Positions 24,464 through 36,949 of a stretch of 64,000 bases of DNA are shown here, piece by piece (the first letter of the stretch is position 1; the number at the start of each line of letters is the position of its first letter). The translations under genes were made by a program, and so were the position numbers. The DNA is from Laetmonice hystrix. Lineage: Eukaryota. The notes under the pieces were generated by a model. That model had not been told where the DNA came from, did no database searches, and worked only from the letters and a program-made list of their open reading frames with translations. The stretch is from the NCBI GenBank assembly GCA_965235115.1, contig OZ249436.1, positions 4,588,001 through 4,652,000 of the forward strand, read 5' to 3'.

Positions 24464-26556
24464 AAAATGCCCAGACGATTTCTGATCGTATTACCACCGG
24501 CCGGCGAGGAGTAGCCAAGTGAAGAAGATGATCCACAAATAGGACGATCAAACAGGTCTTTTGATGGCCAATCCCCCTCACCTCTTCGTATTCTAATCCC
24601 ATTTATCTACACACTTGTAACGACCATCCCTTGCAGATTCTCTATCACCTGCCTGGCGTTATAAACTATGTTAATCTAATGACACAGACAACCATCTGTT
24701 TCATACTCCGCCGAGGGTATCTTGTGGGCCATTTTATCGACCCTAATATATCTTTGCTGGAGGGAAGCCATCCTAGGGAAGCATGCACTGACCAAATCGA
24801 ATCACTGAGGACTGTGGCCCAACAGAATTCGGGCTGGCCTTTGCATATATTTTGGACCAGGACATACATATACATTGTAGCGCTGGACGTAAAAGTCATG
24901 TCTATAGGGAAACATTGGGAGAACACCAAATAGACAGCGGATGTATCTACATTAGGTGTCTGTTTATTTGATCTTCATAGTGACGAATTATTGTTCGGTC
25001 GCTCAGTAGTCTCGACACGTTTTTGAAGCCATTGAGAATCTCCACGAGAATGATAAGAGGGCAAAGTGAACCAAAGAACTACCCAATCAGGCAATCAATT
25101 GGCCACCTCCTCGGCCAGTCGGGTGTTTTTGATGCTCGTGGTGTCAGAGTTCTAGACCTCTGGCCCCTGGGTGGGACAGGCTTCCACTCCATTGTACGGC
25201 TGTAGAAATAAAGCACGGATTCTGTCGCTCGTGTCGGTGGATGGTGGGCGTTGTGCGCTGGCCGGGTTGTCTGTGGACGGCGGCAGGGCGCAGCTGCTCA
25301 AGTCGGCCGCTCCTTAAGTAGGGCATTGAAACGTCCGCACTCTTTGAGGGAGTGACGGTTGCCTGCCTTGACATAGTCTAAAGAGGACCAAAGGAAGTTC
25401 AGGAGGTGTGTTCAAAGAGAGGTGGGTTCAATTATTGAAGGTAGACGAGCTGATTAGATAAACGGAATACAGCGTTACTTCTCCTACTCTCTCCGATAAA
25501 CCAATAGCCGTATCTGCGCACGAACAATCACAGCTCTTTTAGGGAACGATTTTGAGGAATGCAGTTACTTCAAAACGAATGTTAGAGCGCTGGGTATCGA
25601 CTGAGAATTTCTCAAGGACCTCAAAAGCAAATTGCTGGACAATTTTTACAAACGAATTCAGTAGTGGAGACAAAGTGCCTTACGTACCACAAATAGACGA
25701 AAGGAATACCCATGAAATATATAATCTCTGAGGTCGTTTGAATTTTCTCTTTGGGGTCATACATATGGCATCGCTCCGAGTGCGGGATGGGCCTATCTCA
25801 GCACGGGTCAGGCCAGTTCAGGCTGAGCCTTTAGGCGAGCCCTGAACTGGCCTGACAAGTCATACTGTCATACTGTCTTCAGGTGATTAATTAACCATTG
25901 GGAATAATTTGTTGAATTACTGTATGAAAGTAAGCAAGATCTGTGTGGTAACTAGAGTAGGTGAAAGATATGCCAGTATACGCACTCCTCTTATAAAGTC
26001 TTGTGCTATAAATACCAGGTAGTCGTTTCTATTGTCCAGGTTTGTTTGTCACACCTCACGCCAGTGACTCTGTACGTCAGTCAGTCAGTCACAGTCAACA
26101 GTTTTATCTGTAGACAGTATGACACCGCCAGGCATGCTTGGTTGTAGCACCTTGACTTTATTTGGACAGACAGGACGTTAGAAATGGTGTCTTGATTAAT
26201 ATGAAATACTGTTCTACCTGGGAAACCTTCTGATGTTTAAGTCGGTGTTCTCTTATATTGCTTTGTGGTAAAGAACCCACTAAAACACAGCCATGTAGGC
26301 AATTGGTTTTGGAGGTGAGACCCTAATTTGTATATAAATGACTGTAACTATGTGGACCTTGACGCTGGGTGACGACTGTCGTATGCAGAACGTCGGTGTC
26401 ACGTGACTCATTGTCCATGTTGCCCTGATTTTATCATTTTTATTAATATTTTTTAATAAAATCAACTTGCAGGGAGAAACTATGGATGGTCACCCTATTT
26501 GTAATGCTCCAGACGGGATCTACACCTCCAGGGCTTTGGTTGTTGCCTGTAAAATG

Positions 26557-27011
26557 TTTTTATCTTAGTAAAACAATGTGGTTGTGTGGGACACCACTCT
26601 GGAGGTCCAGCTTGACCTCCCCACTATATAAAGCCACGAAACCACTGGTCACATGTAGAGTGAACGGTCACGTCTGAAAGTATCGCTTAGATAGACTCGG
26701 GTCTGTCTCCCATGAACTGGCTGATGGGTCGGAAGGAGCTTGCATGGGTCCACGTTCGGTCGTAGTCTGGCAACACGTGCTGATGGTCAAACACTGACAG
26801 TATGATGAATCACACAGTGTCCACTTGGAGCCGGGAGGGTGCAAGGCTGAGAAAAGTGTGATACGACTCATCTAAAGGGATGTAGCAATACAACCCGTTC
26901 CCCGTCAGTGGGTCGATCTGTGGCACAGTTCCGTATGGCGGCTACCATTGGGTTATCACGTGTTGTCTCAGACGCCAGATCTTCGAACGGTAGGATGAAC
27001 GTATCTAGTCG
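26557..27011 (+). mobile_element. Dispersed LTR-like element, copy B, truncated by an assembly gap
   Basis: Diverged homolog of 6775-7200 with the same conserved blocks. Confidence 0.55.
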
Positions 27012-27222
27012 NNNNNNNNNNNNNNNNNNNNNNNNNNNNNNNNNNNNNNNNNNNNNNNNNNNNNNNNNNNNNNNNNNNNNNNNNNNNNNNNNNNNNNNNN
27101 NNNNNNNNNNNNNNNNNNNNNNNNNNNNNNNNNNNNNNNNNNNNNNNNNNNNNNNNNNNNNNNNNNNNNNNNNNNNNNNNNNNNNNNNNNNNNNNNNNNN
27201 NNNNNNNNNNNNNNNNNNNNNN
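27012..27222. other. Assembly gap (N run)
   Basis: 211 N. Confidence 1.
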
Positions 27223-28793
27223 CTACCACTACTATGCACGGCGCCCCGAAGCCGACATGGCTGGGAGGATCCCCTTTCGTTCAGAAAGTTGAAAATACAT
27301 TTACACGCCTTCTCCGGCCTTTTCTTTTACCGATGCCAAATTTTATAACTTGCGAACCCACGCATTATTAGCAGCACGTTAAGCACACATTTTACACAAA
27401 GACATCAAGAACTATCCCAACACTCCAAGAACTATACCCTGACACTCCAAGATTCGAGAGTGAGCCGGGACTAATTGTTCATGTCATGTTGATCACAATT
27501 CCAGGCCGCATGCGTACGAACCACCCACAAACAATGGCCTCCATATGAGTTGCGTTTTTATGTCATCCAACAGTCACAGAAGACGACAGCACTGTCAAAC
27601 GGATAATGAGAAAACACTAACAGACATTTAATGGCACTTACGATCGGCTTAAACCAGGACTTGCATGGTAATCTTGGGTGCATCGGTCTGTGTATCTGGG
27701 CCTTTTACACACAAACATCCACAGAGACAACAGAAAGACTCGAGTGACCAGCCAATACTGGGCTTGGAGTTCATTTTAGTAAAGGAACAACTCCAAAGAA
27801 AATTGTTCATCAAAACTGAACTCTTTAAATTTAATAGGAAATTATGATCTTTAGAAACTTTACACATCATCATCAGATTGCATTCAATCACATGGGGAGA
27901 GTACAGACTTATTCTAAAGTGTGCCAAGTTGACAAATCGTATTTTTGACCTTCACAAAAACGTAAAGTAAATGCGTAATCGTACAAGAATCGTACAAGTA
28001 GTCAGGTATATCACAGGGGGGAGGGGGGATTTTTTTAGTCGAAAACTATGTTTTTAGGGAGAAATGTTCGGTGTGACAAAAGTGGGCAGAGTGCATGGTG
28101 CATGACAAAAGTCGTGGCCAAACAAATTTGGACCAAAAATTATGAATAAAGTGGTGCCCTCGAGAACGACAAAAGTGGGCTATTTTGTGACAAAAGTGGT
28201 GACCTGTGACAAAAGTAGGCATTTTCCGCGACAAAAGTGGTGACCTGTGACAAAAGTGGTAAAAATGACAAAAGTGGTTGCTACACCTTGACAGGCCTCC
28301 CTATAACTGAATCTCCAGCAAACCTTACAACTAATAGAACTTGACCCAAAGTAAAGGGGTTACTGCTTCAAAGGACATGATTATATGTTCGTAAATAAAA
28401 AGATCCATTGCAGAACAACTTGATTTTGTAAGCCACTTCATCTTCTTTCAACGAACTGAATGAGTTCAAAGCATGAGGTGCATCGTCCCTATTAATTTCA
28501 AATCTGTGCTGCTCAGTCATTGAGGATATTTTCATTACAGAAAGGCGTGACTAGACAAAAGACAGACCCAATTTTATGGCTCGCTGGTACAACCGTCATA
28601 GCAATAAAACGTTTGAATTTTATCCATCTATATCTTTAGGCACCCATGTGAATGATGATTTTTTTCCATCTATACCTTTAGGCACCCATGTAAATGATGA
28701 AAGATGTAAAAGGGGACATTTATACGTTTTCTTTGAAGAGTTGCTATTTGGAGCCTAACTGTTATTTGATGTAAAGGGTGGGTTGTTGAACCT

Positions 28794-28954
28794 ATGGATG
28801 TGGCTGGCCTTTGTAAAATTCTCCGTCTTGCCTCCATCCTTCCTGCCCAGTTCTCAGACCCACACTTGGCGAGCGGAGGATTTGCCACTCCACTGCACAT
28901 CTCGAATGGCTGTGCCTCCCATCTAAGATACCACAATGTTCGTTGCTATTCCAG
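28794..28954 (+). CDS. Candidate first coding exon (MDVAGLCKILRLASILPAQFSDPHLASGGFATPLHISNGCASHLRYHNVRCYS-R)
   Basis: Open frame from ATG 28794 to a CAG|GTAAGG donor at 28955; no recognisable family. Confidence 0.3.
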
Positions 28955-30290
28955 GTAAGGAACTCCCTGCTATCCAATACTATAACAAGTTAAGAGATGT
29001 ACTCGGGCAGTAACCTTAAACCTGACACAGCAAGACTACTGTGCGCATGTCGCTCGTAGTTGTTGTGACATATTCAGTCCCCACGCTCCATATCACGTGT
29101 CCTCTCGCTTCACGCGAGCCCTCTTCTCTCTACCGACCTAGGCGTTCTCCTTAGATCATTCACTGCCCTTTATGTATATATTTATCTCCGTTCGCTTCTC
29201 GTTATTTAATGATGTTGTTATTCAGACGCCGTAACAATCGAGGCGTATATAAAGTTAGTTTTATAGTTGATAGGCACTGGTGGCAGTGCCATAACGTCGC
29301 CTCCGACTCAGTGCTTTTGACAGGGTCATCATCACCGGGCAGAAAAATAAGCTAGAACTTTTCCCCGTAATACGGAGCCCTGTTGGGGACATGAAGAGAA
29401 ACAATTGTGCACATGGTGATCTCGAAGTTACCACTTAGTGACGTCATTAACTCGTTATTACGACTTAATGCCGTCACTAAGTCGTTATTACGAGTTAATC
29501 GCGTTCGTTTCAGAGAAAGCAAAATTGTGGTGATCTCGAAATTACCACTTAGTGATGTCACTATGTGGTAATTTCGGGATCACCACATTTTTTTTTCTCT
29601 GAACGTCAGAGGTAGAATTTGCTAAAGGCGGGTTCAGCATGGTCAATTCAAAAAGCCACTATTAGAATGCCCTCATGGCCGAATCACTCCCACACGATAA
29701 CGTTATGAAAAGGGAAGTCTTTTCACCGGACTACACGGCCCAGCCTGCTGACTTGTGCCCAATTACCACAACAAACAAGACACGTCAAGTACCAGCAAAT
29801 ATCAGCATCATGTCCCAATCCTTCGGGAATGACCAATGTTAATCTAACCCACGCCAAGTAAAGATCAAACACCCTAAATTAATAGCATCGATCAGAAAGA
29901 TCTGTTTGGAGAGAAAAAAATATCCAATTATTTCATAGTGCAATTTTCACTTCTCGTATCAATATTGACCTGAAAGCCCCTCTCTGCACACAACATGGCC
30001 TGGCTAGAGCTCAACACCTGCAGTGGTCTGCAGTTGACATTGACATACTCAGACGGATAGCCGACATCCCCATCACGATGGGCTCAGCTGCTATAGTCTT
30101 AACGCCTGGTAAGGTGACTGTAGTCATAAATCACGAGGCCAAACGTTCATACCGGTGTTGAGAGCGACATCTAGCGACAGGTGCAGGCTGGTGCCGCGTG
30201 TTCTGCCTTCCGACCGATCATCAGTCTTTACCCTCCTTATGGTATTGATCAGTGGATCCTTAATTAGCGTTGGCTGTTTGAATCATCAGA

Positions 30291-30708
30291 TTGCGATCCA
30301 AGATTAACGACCGACGTCTTGCCAGTCTCGGATCTGAACTTCACACGACAGGTGAACGTGTATGCGAATGCGGATCAGTACAAACCGAAAAGCACGTAGT
30401 GATTGAATGCCCGTTAACTCGTGACATTAGGGAATGGAGTGACATTAATTTCACCAGTATGATAGACGTCTTCGCATGCTCTGACAACAATACTCTTTGT
30501 GACACTATATCAAAGATTTATTCCCGTTTCAAGTGATCCTCCGAATAGATTATATTGAGTATACGATTATATATTGCCTATCCGTGTTATTACGTCGTTT
30601 TCATGTAGCATACTTCTGTCTTCACCAGTCTCACATTTTGTTATTTTTGGACTAGATTTTGCGTCTTACTCTGGATGATGTATATAGTAATTCTTATCTG
30701 GTCAATAA

Positions 30709-30754
<46 letters not shown>
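30291..30754 (+). mobile_element. 3' end of a 5'-truncated non-LTR retrotransposon (LINE): ORF2 C-terminal zinc knuckle, 3' UTR and (CTA)15 tail
   Basis: ERVCECGSVQTEKHVVIECP is a CX1CX7HX4C motif; stop at 30536; AATAAA 30704-30709 is followed immediately by (CTA)15 at 30710-30754; clade not determinable by eye. Confidence 0.8.
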
Positions 30755-31051
30755 GAACTATGGTCAGCGCCACACATATACATGAATGATCTACTATAAG
30801 TAGGAATTCACAGACTGCACGGCGGAAGGTTATAGGTCACGACACCGGCTATCATGACGAGTACAGCTAAGGAAAGGTGAACAGTGTCCTCTTGAATCCT
30901 TTACTTAAGATCTTTTTTTTACACAAAGTTTGCCCTGAGCGCCACTTTTCTTTCATGCACTCAGTAAACGTTGTTAACACTTCGGTAAAAGAGACTGAAA
31001 GGAAGAGGTAAGTAAGGGAAGGTTGATTTCAGAAAATACACATTAGATTAA

Positions 31052-31571
31052 AGGGAGTCGTAAAATTCATTTTTTCGATTTATGGCAGTCTTAGAAACAT
31101 ATGATTCGCATACCTTGGACTCCCAGTAACATCATGTGAGACTGTTATGGCCCAGCGACCAGTATTTAGTAAGGAAAATATGCCAAATCTCTCGCAAATA
31201 CGTAGAGAATTAGCGAACGGCCCACAGGATATTTGAGTTGGCCGCGGTCGGGCGATGATGACGCGTGATCACGTGACTTCCGGGTGTGGAAGGGAATCTT
31301 CCTCTAGTCTAGCGTTGACCTAAATACCGCATGTACACCCGGAAGTCACGTGATCACGCGTCATCATCGCCCGACCGCGGCCAACTCAAATATCCTGTGG
31401 GCCGTTCGCTAATTCTCTACGTATTTGCGAGAGATTTGGCATATTTTCCTTACTAAATACTGGTCGCTGGGCCATAACAGTCTCACATGATGTTACTGGG
31501 AGTCCAAGGTATGCGAATCATATGTTTCTAAGACTGCCATAAATCGAAAAAAATGAATTTTACGACTCCCT
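31052..31571. mobile_element. Kolobok-type foldback MITE with ~236-bp near-perfect TIRs
   Basis: TTAA|AGGGAGTCGTAAAA ... TTTTACGACTCCCT|TTAA; arms 31052-31287 and 31335-31571 differ only by one base in a homopolymer as far as checked; 47-bp spacer. Confidence 0.92.
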
Positions 31572-31786
31572 TTAATCTTCCCGAGCGGCCAATACCGCCA
31601 CATCAGGAGCACCTCAAATCCCATACCCCTCCCCCCCAACCCCCCCCCCCCCCCACACACACACACACACCTCCCCGCGTTCCTTCCGACTGCAGGCATA
31701 TGTCAAAATTTATATTGTATCGGTTTGTTACACGGGGAAGGTTGAGAGCCGGCGTGTTCATAATCTGAGGGTTGGGATACGTTTTA

Positions 31787-32357
31787 CAATCCCAGCGCTG
31801 GGATATAGAATACGCTCACAGTCCCAGCGCTGGGATATAGAGTACGCTCACAGTCCCAGTGCCGGAATATAGAGTGCGCTCACAGTCCCAGTGCCGGGAT
31901 ATAGAGTACGCTCACAGTCCCAGTGCCGGGATATAGAGTACGCTCACAGTCCCAGTGCCGGGATATAGAGTACGCTCACAATCCCAGCACCGGGATATAG
32001 AGTACGCTCACAGTCCCAGCCCCGGGATATAGAGTACGCTCACAGTCCCAGTGCCGGAATATAGAGTGCGCTCACAGTCCCAGTGCCGGGATATAGAGTA
32101 CGCTCACAGTCCCAGTGCCGGGATATAGAGTGCGCTCACAGTCCCAGTGCCGGGATATAGAGTACGCTCACAATCCCAGCACGGAGATATAGAGTACGCT
32201 CACAGTCCCAGCCCCGGGATATAGAGTACGCTCACAGTCCCAGTGCCGGGATATAGAGTACGCTCACAGTCCCAGCCCCGGGATATAGAGTACGCTCAAA
32301 CTCTCAGTGCTGGGATATAGAGTACGCTCACACTCCAAGGGCTTGGATATAGAGTAC
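31787..32357. repeat. Minisatellite, 32-bp unit, ~18 copies
   Basis: CAGTCCCAGTGCCGGGATATAGAGTACGCTCA; period 32. Confidence 0.96.
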
Positions 32358-33090
32358 CAACGTTTTTTTAACTGCATTCTGTGATGGAGAGTTATGCGCC
32401 TGTCCCTGGATAACTCAGTCGGGGACATCAACCAGTTACCCCGCCCCCGCCCCCTTCATGGTATTCGTCCCCAACCCGCGCCCCTCTTATGGGGTGATCG
32501 TCCCTGGGGGTCGACAACTCCAACCGTGACAGTCTCATCTCCCTCCCCGTATACCTTCTGTTGGATCTCGTTAAAACGACACTGATGAAAGGGTCTCGTC
32601 CTATGACTGCCTAGATACTGACCCCGCCCCTGGCCCACGGCCGCAGTATGAGTTAAAACCAGGAAGAAAAGCTGACATATTGGACACAAAACAAGTATGG
32701 TTTTATATAAATGCTATCTACATTATACATTCGGTGAAAGAAAGCGCAGAAAAATATCAATACGTCAGCTAAAAACATTTACTTTTGATATACAGTTGCT
32801 GCATTCAAAACGTGTCAGTTGTGCAAGTGTTTATATAGTGCAAACAAAGCGTGTATCCGCGGTAAATGTTCTATTGTCATGGCGCGTTGTTATTCCAAAA
32901 ACCATTACCAATGACAGATGTGAAAACGTGCAGAGAACCCACCACTGCTTTGATATAAACAGAAAAGAAGAGAGATTGTACATAATTATTGTATGCAATC
33001 TCTTTGATGATACACAGTAGACATATCTAACCATACACAACAACAATAAAGAGTACAAAGTCCTACAGAGTGACGACATATTCTATAGAC

Positions 33091-36000
33091 TTTTACAGTT
33101 ACTGCGTGCGTCCGAACCTGAGGTAGGCGAGGGACTGACATGGTGGTGTTTGTATTAACCGTGTCCGATCCTGAGGTAGGCGAGGGACTGACAGGTGGTG
33201 TTTGTATGAACCGCGTCCGATCCTGAGGTAGGCGAGGGACTGACATGGTGGTGGTTGTATGAACCGTGTCCGATCCTGAGGTAGGCGAGGGACTGACATG
33301 GTGGTGGTTGTATGAACCGTGTCCGATCCTGAGGTAGGCGAGGGACTGACATGGTGGTGGTTGTATGAACCGTGTCCGATCCTGAGGTAGGCGAGGGACT
33401 GACATGGTGGTGTTTGTATGAACCGTGTCCGATCCTGAGGTAAGCGAGGGACTGACAGGTGGTGTTTGTATGAACCGCGTCCGATCCTGCAGTAGGCGAG
33501 GGACTGACATGGTGGTGTTTGTATGAATCCACTATCCCGTTTTACAGTTACTGCATGCGTCCGATCCTGAGGTAGGCGAGGGACTGACATGGTGGTGTTT
33601 GTATGAATCCACTATCCCGTTTTACAGTTACTGCATGCGTCCGATCCTGAGGTAGGCGAGCGACTGACATGGTGGTGGTTGTATGAACCGTGTCCGATCC
33701 TGAGGTAGGCGAGGGACTGACATGGTGGTGTTTGTATGAACCGTGTCCGATCCTGAGGTAGGCGAGGGACTGACATGGTGGTGGTTGTATGGACCCACTA
33801 TCCCGTTTTACAGTTACTGCGTGCGTCCTATCCTGAGGTAGGCGAGGGACTGACATGGTGGTGTTTGTATGAACCCACTGTCCCGTTTTACAGTTACTGC
33901 GTGCGTCCGATCCTGAGGTAGGCGAGGGACTGACATGGTGGTGTTTGTATGGACCCACTATCCCGTTTTACAGTTACTGCGTGCGTCCTATCCTGAGGTA
34001 GGCGAGGGACTGACATGGTGGTGTTTGTATGAACCCACTGTCCCGTTTTACAGTTACTGCGTGCGTCCGATCCTGAGGTAGGCGAGGGACTGACATGGTG
34101 GTGTTTGTATGAACCCACTGTCCCGTTTTACAGTTACTGCATGCGTCCGATCCTGAGGTAGGCGAGCGACTGACATGGTGGTGGTTGTATGAACCGTGTC
34201 CGATCCTGAGGTAGGCGAGCGACTGACATGGTGGTGGTTGTATGAACCGTGTCCGATCCTGAGGTAGGCGAGCGACTGACATGGTGGTGGTTGTATGAAC
34301 CGTGTCCGATCCTGAGGTAGGCGAGGGACTGACATGGTGGTGTTTGTATGAACCGTGTCCGATCCTGAGGTAGGCGAGCGACTGACATGGTGGTGGTTGT
34401 ATGAACCGTGTCCGATCCTGAGGTAGGCGAGCGACTGACATGGTGGTGGTTGTATGAACCGTGTCCGATCCTGAGGTAGGCGAGCGACTGACATGGTGGT
34501 GTTTGTATGAACCGCGTCCGATCCTGAGGTAGGCGAGGGACTGACATGGTGGTGGTTGTATGAACCGCGTCCGATCCTGAGGTAGGCGAGGGACTGACAT
34601 GGTGGTGGTTGTATGAACCGCGTCCGATCCTGAGGTAGGCGAGGGACTGACATGGTGGTGTTTGTATGAACCGCGTCCGATCCTGAGGTAGGCGAGGGAC
34701 TGACATGGTGGTGGTTGTATGAACCGCGTCCGATCCTGAGGTAGGCGAGGGACTGACATGGTGGTGTTTGTATGAACCGTGTCTGATCCTGAGGTAGGCG
34801 AGGGACTGACATGGTGGTGGTTGTATGAACCGTGTCCGATCCTGAGGTAGGCGAGGGACTGACAGGTGGTGTTTTTATGAACCGTGTCCGATCCTGAGGT
34901 AGGCGAGCGACTGACATGGTGGTGGTTGTATGAACCGTGTCCGATCCTGAGGTAGGCGAGGGACTGACATGGTGGTGTTTGTATGAACCGTGTCCGATCC
35001 TGAGGTAGGCGAGGGACTGACATGGTGGTGTTTGTATGGACCCACTGTCCCGTTTTACAGTTACTGCATGCGTCCTATCCTGAGGTAGGCGAGGGACTGA
35101 CATGGTGGTGTTTGTATGGACCCACTGTCCCGTTTTACAGTTACTGCATGCGTCCTATCCTGAGGTAGGCGAGGGACTGACATGGTGGTGTTTGTATGGA
35201 CCCACTGTCCCGTTTTACAGTTACTGCATGCGTCCGATCCTGAGGTAGGCGAGGGACTGACATGGTGGTGTTTGTATGGACCCACTGTCCCGTTTTACAG
35301 TTACTGCATGCGTCCTATCCTGAGGTAGGCGAGGGACTGACATGGTGGTGGTTGTATGAACCGTGTCCGATCCTGAGGTAGGCGAGGGACTGACATGGTG
35401 GTGTTTGTATTAACCGTGTCCGATCCTGAGGTAGGCGAGGGACTGACATGGTGGTGTTTGTATGAACCCACTATCCCGTTTTACAGTTACTACGTGCGTC
35501 CGATCCTGAGGTAGGCGAGGGACTGACAGGTGGTGTTTGTATGAACCCACTATCCTGTTTTACCGTTACTGTATGCGTCCGATCCTGAGGTAGGCGAGGG
35601 ACTGACATGGTGGTGTTTGCATGAACCGCGTCCGATCCTGAGGTAGGCGAGCGACTGACATGGTGGTGGTTGTATGAACCGTGTCCGATCCTGAGGTAGG
35701 CGAGGGACTGACATGGTGGTGGTTGTATGAAGCGCGTCCGATCCTGAGGTAGGCGAGGGACTGACATGGTGGTGGTTGTATGAACCGCGTCCTATCCTGA
35801 GGTAGGCGAGGGACTGACATGGTGGTGGTTGTATGAACCGCGTCCTATCCTGAGGTAGGCGAGGGACTGACATGGTGGTGGTTGTATGAACCGTGTCCGA
35901 TCCTGAGGTAGGCGAGGGACTGACATGGTGGTGTTTGTATGAACCGTGTCCGATCCTGAGGTAGGCGAGGGACTGACATGGTGGTGGTTGTATGAACCGT

Positions 36001-36754
36001 GTCCGATCCTGAGGTAGGCGAGGGACTGACAGGTGGTGTTTGTATGAACCGTGTCCGATCCTGAGGTAGGCGAGGGACTGACATGGTGGTGTTTGTATGA
36101 ACCGTGTCCGATCCTGAGGTAGGCGAGCGACTGATATGGTGGTGTTTGTATGAACCGCGTCCGATCCTGAGGTAGGCGAGGGACTGACAGGTGGTGTTTG
36201 TATGAACCGTGTCCGATCCTGAGGTAGGCGAGGGACTGACATGGTGGTGGTTGTATGAACCGCGTCCGATCCTGAGGTAGGCGAGGGACTGACATGGTGG
36301 TGGTTGTATGAACCGCGTCCGATCCTGAGGTAGGCGAGGGACTGACATGGTGGTGGTTGTATGAACCGTGTCCGATCCTGAGGTAGGCGTGGGACTGACA
36401 TGGTGGTGGTTGTATGAACCGTGTCCGATCCTGAGGTAGGTGAGGGACTGACATGGTGGTGTTTGTATGAACCGCGTCCGATCCTGAGGTAGGCGAGGGA
36501 CTGACAGGTGGTGTTTGTATGAACCGTGTCCGATCCTGAGGTAGGCGAGGGACTGACAGGTGGTGTTTGTATGAACCCACTCTATCCGTTATACAGTTAC
36601 TGCGTGTGTCCGATCCTGAGGTAGGCGAGGGACTGACATGGTGGTGGTTGTATGAACCCACTATCCTGTTTTACCGTTACTGCATGCGTCCGATCCTGAG
36701 GTAGGCGAGGGACTGACATGGTGGTGGTTGTATGAACCCATTATCCCGTTTTAC
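33091..36754. repeat. Compound minisatellite of 53-bp and 80-bp unit variants, 3.66 kb
   Basis: GTCCGATCCTGAGGTAGGCGAGGGACTGACATGGTGGTGGTTGTATGAACCGT, with or without a CACTGTCCCGTTTTACAGTTACTGCATGC segment; source of the 349-aa repetitive ORFs. Confidence 0.98.
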
Positions 36755-36949
36755 CGCCCCGATTTTAGTTCGGGGAGCCAAAAGGTCAGCAAACTATACA
36801 GAAACTATAGATGTAGTCTTTGTAACAGTATCCTGGATTTACTGCATCTTCGGGGAGCAGTGAGTCCAGGCCTTGATGGCCCGCTCTCGGCAGTACTTTA
36901 GTCATATTCAGGGTGACAATATAATATTTATAACTTGTTGTCCCCGCAG

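Noticed and set aside
26868-27348. ORFs spanning the first N gap (likewise 42033-42624 for the second)
   Set aside because: Artefacts of translating N runs; the post-gap peptide DDDTGINIGGVPPAGGERFLDAVL cannot be evaluated
33099-36661. Long ORFs up to 349 aa (SVPRLPQDRTRF...)
   Set aside because: Products of stop-free minisatellite units, open in several frames at once
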